From: Scyliorhinus canicula
Taxonomy: Eukaryota
Direction: 5' to 3'
DNA: 64,000 bases
Assembly: GCF_902713615.1 (NCBI RefSeq)
Contig: NC_052158.1
Span: 42,027,729 to 42,091,728 of the forward strand
Shown here in pieces: positions 11,660-24,570 of this stretch (position 1 is its first letter; each line of letters begins with the position of its first letter). The position numbers were made by a program, and so were the translations under genes. The notes below the pieces were generated by a model that did not search any database, was not told the DNA's origin, and worked only from the letters and a program-made list of their open reading frames with translations.

Positions 11660-11689
11660 CTTTGTGTGTTATGTTTATATTCTATTGCA

Positions 11690-14350
11690 ACAAGCACAAT
11701 TTGCATTTATATGGTGCCTTTTACATAGGAAAATGTCCCAAGGCTTCTCACTGGAGTTTAATCAGACAAAACATCAAAGACGCCAAGAAGGAATCGCTGT
11801 AGGGGATGACTTGCTTGGTGAATTAGTTGATTTTAAATAAGTTTCTTCAAGGGGAGAGTGAGGTGGAGAGTTCAGGAAGGGAACTGAGAGTTTAGAATAA
11901 AGAGAGATGGAGCCATTTTCACCCATGGTGGAGGTGAGAGGTCAGAGCTGGAGAAATACAGAGCGCTCGGGGGATTATAAAACTGGAGGAGGTTACAGAG
12001 ACCTGGAAAGGTGAGGACACAAACAAATTTGAAAATGATGAGAGTTTTAAACTTGAGGCGTAGCCAGATGGGGAGTCAATGCAGATGAGGGAGCGTAGGT
12101 GAATAGGGTATGGTGTGAGGAGGGATGTGGACAGCAGAGTTTGGGATGAAGTCAAGTTAATGGAGGGTGGAAGATTGGAGATCAGCTAAGGAAGCAATAG
12201 AACAGTCAATTCAAAACAGGAGCATAAAGGCGCAATTCAGCAACAGATGACCTGAAGCAGATTTTACAGAGGTCAAATGAGGCAATCTCAGCAATGGAGA
12301 GCGAATGGGGTTGGAATCTCGCCACTGGGTCATCATCAAGGTTTGATTCAGCCTCTGTGATTGGCCAGTGAGGGAAATGGAATGATTGCCTGGTAATTTC
12401 CGATCATGGGACAGAGTGTCCGCGCCGTTGTGAACACCGTCGCATTTCACGACGGCGTGAAACGGGCGCGGTCACTAGCGATTCTTGCCTCCGTAGAGGG
12501 CCAACACGGTTCTGGAGTGGTTCATGCCGCTCCAGCTTCACTTCCTGGCGCGTTCTGGGGGCTGCGCCAACCCACGCATGCGCGGTGGCTTTACGGAATG
12601 CGCTGGCCCCGACGCAACATGGCGCGGGGGTTCTGGGGTTGGACACGCAACGAAGTAGGTCTGGGGGGGTAGAGGCCGGCCCGCAGATCGGATGGCTCCA
12701 ATCGTGGGCCAGACCCCATCGGAGTACCCCCCCCCGGGGACAGAGCCCCCACCCCCCCACAGGCCGCTCCCCCCCCCGACCCTTCGCGCAGAGCTCCCGC
12801 CGGCAGCGACCAGGGGACTCTCTGCTTTATCCGCGCGGCCGCTCAGCACATCCGGGCCGGAGAATCGGCAGCCCGGCCTCATACAGCGGCCGTGACCAGT
12901 GCTGCGCCGGCACAAATCGCAGCGATTCTCCGCACCTCGGAGAATCCCGTGCCGGCGTCGGGGCGGCGTGGCACGGTTGCGGCGATTCTGCGGCCCGGCG
13001 CAGGGCTGGGAGAATCACGTCCTGTGGCTTTGATTTTCTAAATATTTAATTTAAACATATTTCTGCTCATCCAGCACTGGATGTTGGACAATGTGACAAA
13101 TTGGAGAGAGTGCAGGAGTCGAGGGTTGTGATGGTGAGGAGTTGGGTGTTGTTAGCATACATGGAAAACTTAATGCAGTCTTTTTGGATGATGTCACTGA
13201 GGAGCAGCATGTAGATAAAAAAAATGGATTGAGACAGAATAAATCACAAAAGATTACATAAAATAACATAAAAATGACAGAATCCAGTCATTCCATCAAA
13301 CCAGAGAATGCCAGTGTTTATGCTCCACTTCAGATCAACCACCATTCCTGCTCTACTCCAATTCTCTTTTCCATAATGTGCAGATATCGCTTCCCTTAAA
13401 ACAATCTATACCAGTCACTTCAGCCACATCAAAGATAACAGTGTGAGCAGAAAGAGAAGCCAATGAGGGACTCTAACCACAGTTAAATAAGGTTAGAATC
13501 AAATGGGAGCAGTCCCACCCAGATGGACGACAATGGAGAGCTATTAAGAACAAAGTACAAAGAAAATTACAGCACAGGAACAGGCCCTTCGGCCCTCCTA
13601 ACCTGCGTCGATCCAGATCCTTTATCTAAACTGGTCGCCTATTTTCCAAGGATCTACTTCCCTCTGTTCCCCGCCCGTTCATATATTGGTGGAGGATGGT
13701 GCGGTGTCACTCCTGTCAAAGATTATATATATGCATCGAGAAGGGAGCGGAGGAGGACAGGAATCTCCCAGCAAATAGAAGGCCCAAAAACGATGAGGAG
13801 GGAAAGTTTATTTTTGTCACCGTCAAAAACGACATCATTTGTGGACTTTGACAAGAGTAATTTCAGTACTGTGACAGAACCCTGACTGGAAAAGGGTCAA
13901 GAGTCTGTTTTTTTTTGGAGGTGATGGCATAATTTAAATAGCGAGGGACAACATCTGAAGAGAGAGAACCGTGAACAATATTGGCTAATATGGGTAGCAG
14001 ATGGGGAAGTTGGGTGATCAGTTGTTTAGTGAGAATGGGGTCGAGGGAACAGGACGTGGGTCTCATGGACAAGATGAGCTTCGAGAGGACATGAGGGGAG
14101 ATAGGAGAGAAACTAGAGAAAGATGTGAGGTCAGGGCTCAGGCAGGGGGGAGCATTAATGGAAGTTTGTCTAGGTGGGATAGTGGAAAGGAGGAAAGTGA
14201 CAGCGGATGGGACGGTAATAAGCTGAGTGACAAAGAAATCCATGAGTCCTCTCCGAGGGTGGAGGGCACTGGAGGGACGGGTTTAAGAGGTTTGCATCAG
14301 AAAAAATAAGCCAGAAGGTACCTTTACAATTAGACTAAGGCAGAGGTTAA
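11690..14350 (-). mobile_element. L2-clade LINE remnant, interrupted by later insertions
   Basis: Minus-strand ORF2 pieces SFSPISPHVLSKLILSMRPTSCSLDPI (13863-14243) and degenerate FHMYANNTQL (YADD motif region) near 13140-13170; L2-type 3' end near 11700. Confidence 0.7.
12408..13022. mobile_element. GC-rich MITE-like insertion in the L2
   Basis: Abrupt GC/CpG-rich block ending GGAGAATCACGTCC with internal GATTCTCC/GGAGAATC hairpin motifs as in 5468-6193; left TIR degenerate. Confidence 0.55.
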
Positions 14351-14689
14351 ACATTTTGGAGGTGTTCAGAGATCGGGGTGGGGAAATTGGAAAACATGGT
14401 AAGATTCAACAGGCCAGGCAGGAGTGGCTGGGAGAAACAAGGAAGGATGTAGGGAGATTGTGGAGGGTTGGGGAGTGTGGGGTATGGGGAGTGGGTTGGC
14501 TGGTAGAGAGGAATGACCAGAGTTGTAACATCAGTGGAGTGGTGGTGCTGGATGTTGCAGAGGTCAGGAGTGGGGAGTCAGGAAGTTGATTGGCCAATTA
14601 ACAGAAGGAAAAATCAATTTTGACCGCATTCTTGTTTCCCCATTTAACTGATGTAGGTGGGAATGGCGAGGGGACTGGGAAATGCCGCA

Positions 14690-17600
14690 GACAGAGAGAG
14701 AGAAAGAGGAGGAGAAAGTAAAGGAGAGAGTGGGAGAGACAGAAAGGAGCATAGAGTAAGCGAGAGAGTGAGAGAGGAGCAGAGAATAAAGGAGTAAAGG
14801 AGAGAATGGGGGAGACAGAGAAGAGCAGAGAATAAAGGAGAGAGAGAGAGAGAAGCATTGATTAAATGATAGAGTGGGAGAAAAAGAGGAGCAGAGAGGA
14901 GAGCGTGGGAGAGACAGAAAGGAGCAGAGAGTAAACAAGAGTGTGGGAGAGAGAGACAGAGAGGAGCAGAGAATAAAGGAGAGAGTGGGAGACAGAGGAG
15001 CAGAGAGTAAATGATACTGGGAGAGACAGAGAGAAGAAGAGAGTAGAGAGGGAATAGCAGAGAGTAAAAGGAGAGAGTGGGAGAGACAGAGGGGAGCAGA
15101 GAGTAAATGAGAGAGAGAGACAGAGTGAATGATGGAGATAGAGCCACAGGGAGGAGCAGTGGGTAAAGGAGAAAGCAGGAGAGACAGAGAAGTGCAAAGA
15201 GTGGGAGAGACAGAAAGTTCATAGAATAAACGAGAGTGGGAGAGGGAGAGAGTGACAGAGAGGAGGAGATAATAAAGGGGAAGTGAGGCAGACAGACAGG
15301 ACCAGGGACAAAAGGAGAAAGAAAGAGAGCAACAGATAGTAAAGGAGAGAGTGCAAGAGATAGAGAGAAGCAAGGACTAAAGAGAAAGTGGGAGAGACAG
15401 AGGGGAGCAGCGTCAAAAGGAGAGTGAGAGACAGAGAGGAGCAGATAATAAAGTAGAGAGTGGGAGAGACAGAGGAGCAGAGAGAAAAGGAGAGTGAGAG
15501 AGTGCGAGAGAGACAGACAGACAGAGAGGAGTAGAGAGAGAAGCATAGATTAAGCAATAGTGTTGTAGAGATAGAGGAGCTGAAAGTAGAGTGGCAGAGA
15601 TGGAGAGGAGCAGGGAATGAAAGAGAGCATGGGTGAGACAGAGAGGAGCAGACAGTAAAGGAGAGAGTGGGATTGACACAGAGGAGCAGAGAGTAAAGGA
15701 GAGAGTGCAAGAAATAGGAGCAGAGACTAAAGAGAAAGTGGGAGAGACAGGGGGGAGCAGAGAGAAAGGAAAGAGAAAGTCAGAGAGGAGCAGATAGTAA
15801 AGGAGTGAATGGGAGAGACAGAGAGGAGCAGCAGAGAGTAAAGGAGAGAGTGAGGGAGGAAAGCAGAGAGAGCGAGAGAGACAGAGAGGAGCAGAAAGTA
15901 GAGTAATAGAGATACAGAATAGCAGAGAGTCAGAAGAACCGACCGGAGCGTAGAGTGGGAGAGACAGAAAGGAGCATAGAATGAATGAGAGTGTGAGAGG
16001 GAGGGAGACAGAGAGGAGCACAGGGTGAAGGAGAGAGAGAGTGAGGAGCAATGTGTAAATGAGAGAAATAGAGAGACAGGAGCAGAGAGTAAAGAACAGA
16101 TTGTGAGACGGGAAGGGACAGAGAGTAAATAAGAGAGTGGGAGAGACAGGGAAGAGCAGAGAGCAAAGGAGAGAGAGAGAGAGGGGGGAGAGCAGAGCTT
16201 AAAAGAGAGAGTGGGAGAGATAGGGAGGACCAGAGAGTAAAGGACAGAGGTGAAGAAACGGAAGAACAGAGAGTAAAGAAGAGAGTGGGAGAGACAGAGG
16301 AGAGCAGTGAGTAAAGAAGAGTGGAAGCGAGAGAGAGAGAGAGAGAAGCATAGGTTAAATGATAGAGTGGGTGAGATAGAGGAGCAGAGAGGAAAGGAGA
16401 GTGTGGGAGAGTCAGAGGGCAAGGACAAAAGGAGAGAGAGAGACAAAGAGCAGCAGATAGTAAAGTAGAGAGTGGGATAGACAGAGAGGAGCAAGAAGTA
16501 AAGGAGAGGGCAGGAGAGACAGAGAGGAACAGAGGTGAAGGAGAGAGAGAGGGAGAGAGAGAGAAAAGCATAGACTAAACAATCGAGTGGGAGAGAAAGA
16601 GGAGCAGACAGTAAAGGAGTGAGTGGGAGAGACAGAATGGAGCAGAGAGTAAAGGGAATAAAAGAGACAGAGTGCAGCAGATAGTAAAGGCGTGAAAGAG
16701 ACAGGAAGGAGCAGAGAGTAAAGGAGAGAGTGGGAGAGCCAGAGGAGAGCTGAAAGCAAAGGAGAGCGAGAGGGAGAGACAGAGGAGCAGAGAGTAAAGG
16801 AGAGAGAGAGAGAGAGACAGAGAGGAGCAGACAGTAAAGGAGAGAGAGAGAAAGAGACAGAGAGGAGCAGAGAGTAAAGGGAAAGTGCGAGAGACAGACG
16901 GGAGCAGGAACAAAAGGAGAGAGAGAGAAAGAGAGGAGCAGAGAATAAAGGAGAGAGTGGCAGACAGAGAGGAGGAGAGAGTAAAGGACAGCGAGAGAGA
17001 GACAGGTGTTGCCTTTTTACTCTTTATGTGAATCACAAGCTGTTTCGTATAGTGACCAAATGACCACACAACCAGTATGTTAGCTCAAACACACAGTTTA
17101 TTATAACAAAATATTTGTATCTCTATGCAATAATACATGTGGCTCCGTACGAGACTACACCTAACGACTAAGATGACCTTTACTTAACTTCGAGTGACCA
17201 GCACTGTGCGAGATAAGGCCTTTATCTGGGTCCACGTGGTCTGTTTGGAAGTGGTTGGGTTCGGCTCAGCTGGGCTCATCCTTCAGGAAGTGGTTGTGGG
17301 TCCTTGATCTTGGTTGTTCTGCTGCAGTTGGTCGCGCACAGGCTGGTCCCAAAAGAGACTGATCTCTAGTGTGCAGGGCTTTTTATCCTTCGTCTCTTTC
17401 TCGTTAAGGAGAGAGTGGGAGAGATGGAGAAGAGCAGTGACTAGGAATAGCACAAAGGAATGGAGAGTGAGAAAGGAGCATAGAATAAAAGAGACAGTGG
17501 GAGAAGAAGGGGGAGACAGAGTGGAGCAGAGGGTAAAGGAGAGAGGGAGAGAAAGAGAGAGAGAGGAGCAGAGTGTTAATGAGAAATAGAGAGAAAGAGG

Positions 17601-18330
17601 ATCAGGAGTAAAGGAGAGATTGTGAGAGACAAAGAGGAGCACAGAGTAAAGTAGAAAGTCGGAGAAACAGGAGAAGAGAATACAGGAGGGAGTGGGAGAG
17701 ACAGAGAGGAGCAGGGAGTAAAGGAGAGAGTGGGAGAGACAGGGACAAGCAGAGAGCAAAGGAGAGAGTGGGCATGACGGAGAAGCAGAAAGTAAAGGAG
17801 AGAGAAACAGAGGGGAGCAGAGTTTAAAAGAGAGTGGGAGAGACAGGGAGTATCAGAGATTAAAGGGGAGAGAGAGAGAGAGACAGAAAGGAGCAGAGAG
17901 TAATGGAGAGAGTGGGAGAGAGAGGAGCAGAGAGTAAAGCAGTAGGCAGCACGGTAGCACAACTGGATAGCACTGTGGCTTCACAGCGCGAGGGTCCCAG
18001 GTTCAATTCCCCACTGGGTCACTGTCTGTGTGGAGTCTGTACATCCTCCCCATGTGTGTGTGGGTTTCCGCCGGATGCTCCGGTTTCCTCCCACAGTCCA
18101 AAGACATGCAGGTTAGGCGGATTGGCCAGGCTAAATTGCCATTAGTGCCCAAAAAAGGTTAGGAGGGGTTATTGGGTTACAGGGATAGAGTGGAAGTGAG
18201 GGCTTAAATTGGGTTGGTGCAGACTCGATGGGCCGAATGGCCTCCTTCTGCACTGTATGTTCTATGTTTGTTCTAAAGGAGAGAGTGGGAGGAGTAGAGA
18301 GAGTGTGAGAGACAGAGGAGAGCAGAGCGT
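14690..18330 (+). repeat. Degenerate polypurine (GA-rich) tandem array, unit about 36-40 bp
   Basis: Recurrent GAGAGAGTGGGAGAGACAGAGAGGAGCAGAGAGTAAAG; interrupted by an LTR-like piece (about 17005-17400) and a SINE. Confidence 0.9.
17945..18268 (+). mobile_element. HE1-like SINE
   Basis: GGCAGCACGGTAGCAC head, GGTTCAATTCC B-box-like motif, CR1-like tail ending TATGTTCTATG. Confidence 0.9.
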
Positions 18331-18344
18331 AAAGGAAATAATGG

Positions 18345-19205
18345 GGATGTTTGCAATGTTCAGCACCATTCACGAATCTTCAGGTAATGAAGCAGTCCAT
18401 GTCCAAATGCAGCAACACCTGGACAATATCCAGGCTTGGGCTGACTAGTGGCAAGTTCCACTCGCGCCACACAAGTGTCAGTCCCTGACCATCTCCTACA
18501 AGAGGTGATCTAACCATCACCCCTTAACATTCAACGGCATTATCGCTGAATCCTCCACAATCAGAAACTGAACTTGACTAGCCACAGTAATACTGTGGAT
18601 ACCAGGGCAGGTCAAAGAATAGGAATCCTATGGCGAATAACACCTCCTGACCCCCCAAAGCCTGTCCACCATCTACAAGGCACAAGTCAGGAGTATAATG
18701 GAATCCTCTCCATTTGTCTGGATGTGTGCAGCTCAAACATCAACTCAAGAAGCTCAACATTATCCAGGACAAACCAGCCCGCTTGATTGCTACCACTTCC
18801 ACAAACATTCAAACCCACTGCCACCGAACAAACATTGGCAGCCGTGTGTACCATCTACAAGATACACAGCAGTAATTCACCAAGGTTCCTTAGACAGCAC
18901 CTTCCAAACCCATGACCACTACAATCTAGAAGGACAAGAGCAGCAGATACCTGAGAACCCCACCACCTGGAGGTTTCTCTCCAAGTCACTCACCTGACTT
19001 GGAAATATATCGCCGTTCCTTCACTGTCGCTGGGACAAAATCCTGGAACTCCCTCCCGAACAGCACGGTGGGTGTACCTGCACCTGAAGGACTACAGAGA
19101 TTCAAGAAGCCAACTCACCAGCCCTGTCTGAAAGGCAACTAGGGATGGGCAAACAATGCTGGCCTCAGCAGTGATGCCTACATCCTGCAAATTAATTTTT
19201 AAAAA
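18345..19205 (+). mobile_element. 5'-truncated CR1/L2-group LINE (RT C-terminus and 3' UTR)
   Basis: MFSTIHESSGNEAVHVQMQQHLDNIQAWAD and TRAGQRIGILWR, typical of the post-YADD RT region. Confidence 0.75.
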
Positions 19206-19843
19206 GTTACATTAGGAATAGCTCCAAGACAATTCATTCGTTCATTACCGTTCGTATTATAGTTCTTTCGTTATCTTTCAATGTTTCATTTTGTTAATAA
19301 ACTATCTTACTAGTCAAAGAACTAGATGTTCTGTGTGTATCTTTACCATGGCCACAACACAGAACATAACAATGGCCTTTATCACTAATCCTGAAACATC
19401 TTGCCAGATAAATAGTAATATTTGGGGACAGACTAAACCCCAGAAGGTGGTCCATCGTTGGGAAGTGTAATTGCCTATATGCAATTACTTACATGTTTTT
19501 GGATTGCCTTTCACAATTTATGTTTCCTACGTTTATAATGTTGCAATCTTTCCCTCTATGTTTGCCTGAGATTTCATTGCTTGTAAATAAAGTTGCTTCC
19601 ACATAATGAGGTTGGTAATTTATTTTACCAATTGCAGAAGGAAGGTTAATGCCCACAGCTCCCTCTAGTGGCTCGTCGTCCATTTCCATGTGGGCGTCAC
19701 CATTTCTATTGGAGATTGCACAGCTTCATTTTGAGGGGTTGCTTTAAAGCTCAATATTTTCACCACAACACTATTGATATTGTGATCCAGTCCATGTCCC
19801 TACCTGAAGGTAACACAGCCCATTGCCTAAGCATAGAACTAAG

Positions 19844-22800
19844 TGTGGTGGTATGAATAGGAGCGCTGCCATTGGTGCAGAGCACTGGTTTCCCATTGGC
19901 TCTGGCTGGTCATGTGCCTCTCGGCTGATTGGCTGAGACTAGTCATGTGACTGCTCACCAATTGGTGCCTCCAAGGTGGGGTATAAGCACCCAGAGGTCC
20001 CGACGGTCGGCCTTTCACTGTAGTCGACCACCGGGCTAACATCTGGCCGATTAAAGCCTAAGTTTGGACCTTCATCGTGTCTCGGGTCCAATTGATGGTA
20101 CATCAATTTAATCGGCTAGAATTTTGAAATGGAGCTACGCATCAAGCCTGACTGCCTCCACATCAGCCCGCATGCTTCAAACACGCCTGCAACCTTTAAA
20201 CATTGGCTGGCGTGTTTCAACAGTTACCTGACAACTGCAGCCAGCCAGCCCATCAAGGAGCAGAAACTCCACATCCTCCACTCATGCGTGGGCACGGTGG
20301 TATACTCAATGATTGAGGACGAACAGGACTATGACGCGGCTATGGATCTCCTGAGAGGACACTCTCTCTGACCGGTCAACCAATTATATGCACGGCATCT
20401 CCTAGCTACTAGACAACAGTTCTCCGGTGAGTCCCTTGACGTGTTTTACCGGGCCCTCGCGGCTCTGGGGAGAAATTGCGCCTGTCCCCAAGTTTCTGCA
20501 ACAGAGCACATGGAACTTTAAGTCAGAGACGCTTACGTTGCCGGCATGCAATCCTCCTCTATCTGCCAGCGATTACTGGAAAAGGACGCCCTCAGCCTCG
20601 CTGAGGCACGGACCCTCGCAACCTTCGTGGAGGTCGCTGACCTGAACGCCCGCGCATACGCCCCATGCCCCGCGGCATCCCCTTGGGATTCATGGCACGC
20701 ACCCTCTCCGTCCTCCGCCAACCCCGACACCCCCCCCCAGGCCTGCGCTGTGGGACGCCCCGACAAGCTCGCGGGGCCCCGTTGTTATTTTTGCGGCCTA
20801 GCTAAACTCCCCCGCCCGCGCTGCCCGGCCCGCTCCGCTCTGTGCAAGAGCTGCAGGAAGAAGGGCCATTATGCTGTGGTCTGCCAGACCAGGTTGATCG
20901 CTGCTGTTCCACGCAGCGACCGCGGATCGCACCCCCCGGTCCCACCCCAGGGCCCAGCGCGGCACACAGGCCTCTTCATCCCGGCCCCCGCATCCGGCCC
21001 ACAGGCCTCCCTGCACCCGCTCCCGGCTGCCCCGATTGGCCCGCAGGCACCGCTGACCCTGCCCCCAACCACCACGAGGGTCCAGCGGGCGCCCGCCATC
21101 TTGGGCCCCGGACAACTCGTGTGGGCCCTGGGCGCCGCCATCTTGGGGCCCCGGCTCCACGTGCGGGTCCTGGGCGCCGCCATCTTGGGGCCCCGACTCC
21201 ACGTGCGGGTCCTGGGCGCCGCCATCTTGGGCCGACACAGAAGGCCCTGCCAGCGATTACTCTGCCAACGATGACGACCAGGAATTCTCGCCATGGCTTG
21301 CTTCAATCACCCTCGACCAGTCACGACCACGCATGCTCGCCAAGACGACGACGCAGATCCAGCTCAACGGGCATGAGACGAGCTGCCTACTGGACTCCGG
21401 GAGCACGGAAAGTTTCGTCCACCCCGACACGGTAAGACGCTGCGCGCTCCCCGTCCATCCAGTCAAACATAAGATCGAGCTAGCCTCGGGTTCGCACTCC
21501 GTCCAGATCACCGGGTGCTGCATAGCGGACTTCACGGTCCAGGGGAGGGTTTTCAAGAACTACAAACTCCTCATCCTCCCCCGCCTCTGCGCACTGGCAC
21601 TCTTAGGACTGGATTTCCAGTGCAACCTGCAGAGCTTGACCTTCCAATTCGGCGGCCCTATACCCCCCCTCACTGTCTGCAGCCTCGCGTCCCTCAAAGT
21701 GGACCCCCCCTTCCTCGTTTGCGAATCTCACCCCATATTGTAAATCTGTCGCCACTAGGAGCAGACGATACAGCGCCCAGGACCGGACCTTCATCAGGTC
21801 CGAGGTCCAGAGGCTAATAAAGGAAGGAGTCATCGAGGCCAGCAACAGTCCCTGGCGAGCCCACGTGCTGGTAGTTCGAACTGGGGAGAAAAACCGGATG
21901 GTCATTGATTGCAGCCAAACCATCAACCGCGAAACTCCTTAATTTAACCTACAATAAGGATAAGTGCGTGTTTAGCACCGACCATCTAGCCATCCTTGGC
22001 TACGTATTTTGCCTCAATCCCAAATGCATGCGCCCCCTGATGGAACTCCCTCTCCCCAACACTCTCAAATCCTTCAAACGCTGCCTGGGCTTCTTCTCCT
22101 ATTACGCCCAGTGGGTCCCCAACTGCGCCGACAAAGCCCGTCCCCTCATCCAAACTACACCTCCTTTCCCCTGTCGATGGAGGCCTGCCAGGCCTTTACC
22201 CGCATCAAAGCGGAGGCCACGATGCATGCTATCGACGAGTCCCTCCCATTCCAGGTCGAGAGCAACGCGTTGGAAGTTGCTCTGGTGGCCACCCTGAACC
22301 AAGCAGGCAGACCCGTGGCCTTTTTCTCCCGGACCCTCCACGCTTCCGAACTCCGCCATTCCTCGGTGGAAAAGGAGGCACAGACCATAGTTGAAGCTGT
22401 GCGATACTGGAGACACTATCTGGCCGGCAGGAGGTTTACCCTCCTCACAAACCAACGGTCAGTAGCTTTCATGTTTGACAAAGCACAGAGGGACAAGGTC
22501 AAGAACGACAAGATTTTGCGGTGGCGGATCGAGTTGTCCACGTACAACTATGATATCTTGTATCGTCCTGGGAAGCTCAACGAGCCTCCTGATGCCCTGT
22601 CCCGCGGTACCTGCACCAGCGCGCAGATAGACCGCCTTCGCGCCCTCCACGCGGACCTCTGCCATCCAGGGGTAACCCACTTCTACCATTTCATTAAGAC
22701 CCGCAACCTGCCTTATTCTATCGAGGAAGTCAGGGCTGTCACCAGGGACTGCCACATCTGCGCAGAGTGCAAACCGTACTTTTACCGCCCCGACCCAGCG

Positions 22801-24205
22801 CATTTAATCAAGGCGTCCCGCCCCTTCGAACGTCTCAGTATAGACTTCAAGGGTCCCCTCGCCTCCAACAACCGCAACACATATTTTTTGAGTGTGATTG
22901 ACGAGTACTCCCGCTTCCATTTCGCTATCCCCTGCCCCAATATGATCACGACAACCGTCATCAAGGCCCTCCTGTCCATTTTCTCCCTGTTTGGTTACCC
23001 CGCATACATCCACAGCGACCGGGGGTCCTCCTTTATGAGTGACGAGCTGCGTCAATTCCTGCTCAGCGGGGGCATCGCCTCTAGCAGGACGACCAGTTAT
23101 AACCCTCGGGGTAACGGGCAGGTCGAGCGGGAGAATGGCACCATCTGGCCCTACGGTCCAGAGATCTCCCAGTTTCCCGATGGCAAGAGGTCATCCCCGA
23201 CGCCCTCCATTCAATCCGGTCTCTCCTCTGTACCACCACTAACCAAACACCTCATGAACGTCTTCTTGTTTTCCCTAGGAAGTCGTCCTCAGGATCCCCG
23301 CTCCCGACCTGGCTGGCCCCCTGGCCCATCTTGCTCCGGAAGCATGTGCGGGTGTACAAGTCCGACCCGTTGGTTGAACGAGACCAGTTACTCCACGCCA
23401 ACCTGCAGTATGCGTACGTGGAGTACCCCGACGGTCGGCAGGATACGGTCTCGCTTCGGGACCTGGCACCCGCCGGCGTGCGGCCTCCCCCCCTACATCG
23501 CCACCCCCCCTCCTTATCCGATTCCCCCCAGCGCCCCCACGAACTAGCGCACAGGGCCCCCCTTCCCCGATCACAGCGTCTCGACCACCGGCCTGGGGTA
23601 GGAAAAACAGATCTACGACCGACGCTCCCGGAGTCCAGGACGATCACCGGCCCGACGTCACCGGCTCCACTGCAGCGGTCCGCCAGAACACCACGGGAAC
23701 CCGTCAGGCTGATCGAGTCCATCTGATGGCACCATTGGACTTTGTTGGACTCTATTGTACCATTTCTTTTGCATTCAACTATGCTTAATTCTGTTCACAT
23801 TTGCCACGAGCCAGTGGGCAGCCACCGTTTATCTCGATTTTCTCTACTCATACCACCAGTCCTCGGCCCACCCCCATCTCTTTTCCCCTTACCCTCCCCG
23901 GCTTCTTTCTCCACAAGGGGTGAATGTGGTGGTATGAATAGGAGTGCTGCCATTGGTGCAGAGCACTGGTTTCCCATTGGCTCTGGCTGGTCATGTGCCT
24001 CTCGGCTGATTGGCTGAGACTAGTCATGTGACTGCTCACCACTTGGTCGAGAGGCAAGTAGACCCCACCTCCAAGGCGGGGTATAAGTATCCAGAGGTCC
24101 CGGCGGTCGGCCTTTCACTGTAGTCGACCACCGGGCTAACATCTAGCCGATTAAAGCCTAAGTTTGAACCTTCATCGTGTCTCGCGTCCAATTGATGGTA
24201 CATCA
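19844..24205 (+). mobile_element. Ty3/Gypsy LTR retrotransposon (family 1), defective
   Basis: LTRs 19844-20105 and 23925-24205 (TG...CA), 5-bp TSD CTAAG, gag with a CCHC knuckle, protease LLDSGS, RT with core deleted, RNase H, integrase DFKG/HSDRG/NGQVE, PPT AAGGGGTGAA. Confidence 0.95.
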
Positions 24206-24407
24206 CTAAGGTTAGCGACACTTCTGGAAACACTAACTTTTAAAGTAACATTGGGCCTGTATCAAAAGTTAAGTTTGATTCTCGCTGAGAACCTATTCTG
24301 TTCATTCAATTAGTACCTGCAAATTAAGCCAATTTGTTGATTTACTATTGGCCTTGTCTCAACAGAATAATCAATCGGTCTGCATCCAGAAGATAGCAGA
24401 AATGTCC

Positions 24408-24570
24408 ATGAAATGAAAATGAAATGAAAATCGCTTAATGTCACGAGTAGGCTTCAAATGAAGTTACTGTCAAAAGCCCCTAGTCGCCACATTACAGCGC
24501 CTGTTCGGGGAGGCTGGTACGGGAATTGAACTGTGCTGCTGGACTGCCTTGGTCTGCTTTCAAAGCTAGT
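24408..24570 (-). mobile_element. Short tRNA-derived SINE (further copies 25132-25290 on - and 38098-38202 on +)
   Basis: Shared GAATGTGGCGACTAGGGGCTTTTCACAGTAACTTCAT...AAGCGATTTTCATTTC tail and GGTTCGATTCCCGTACC box. Confidence 0.75.

Noticed and set aside
14564-17962. Many Leu/Ser-rich membrane-like ORFs on the minus strand
   Set aside because: Translations of the CT-rich strand of the GA array.
20427-23726. Numerous overlapping GC-rich ORFs in alternative frames of the Gypsy elements
   Set aside because: By-products of high GC and frameshifted gag/pol; no independent domain signal.
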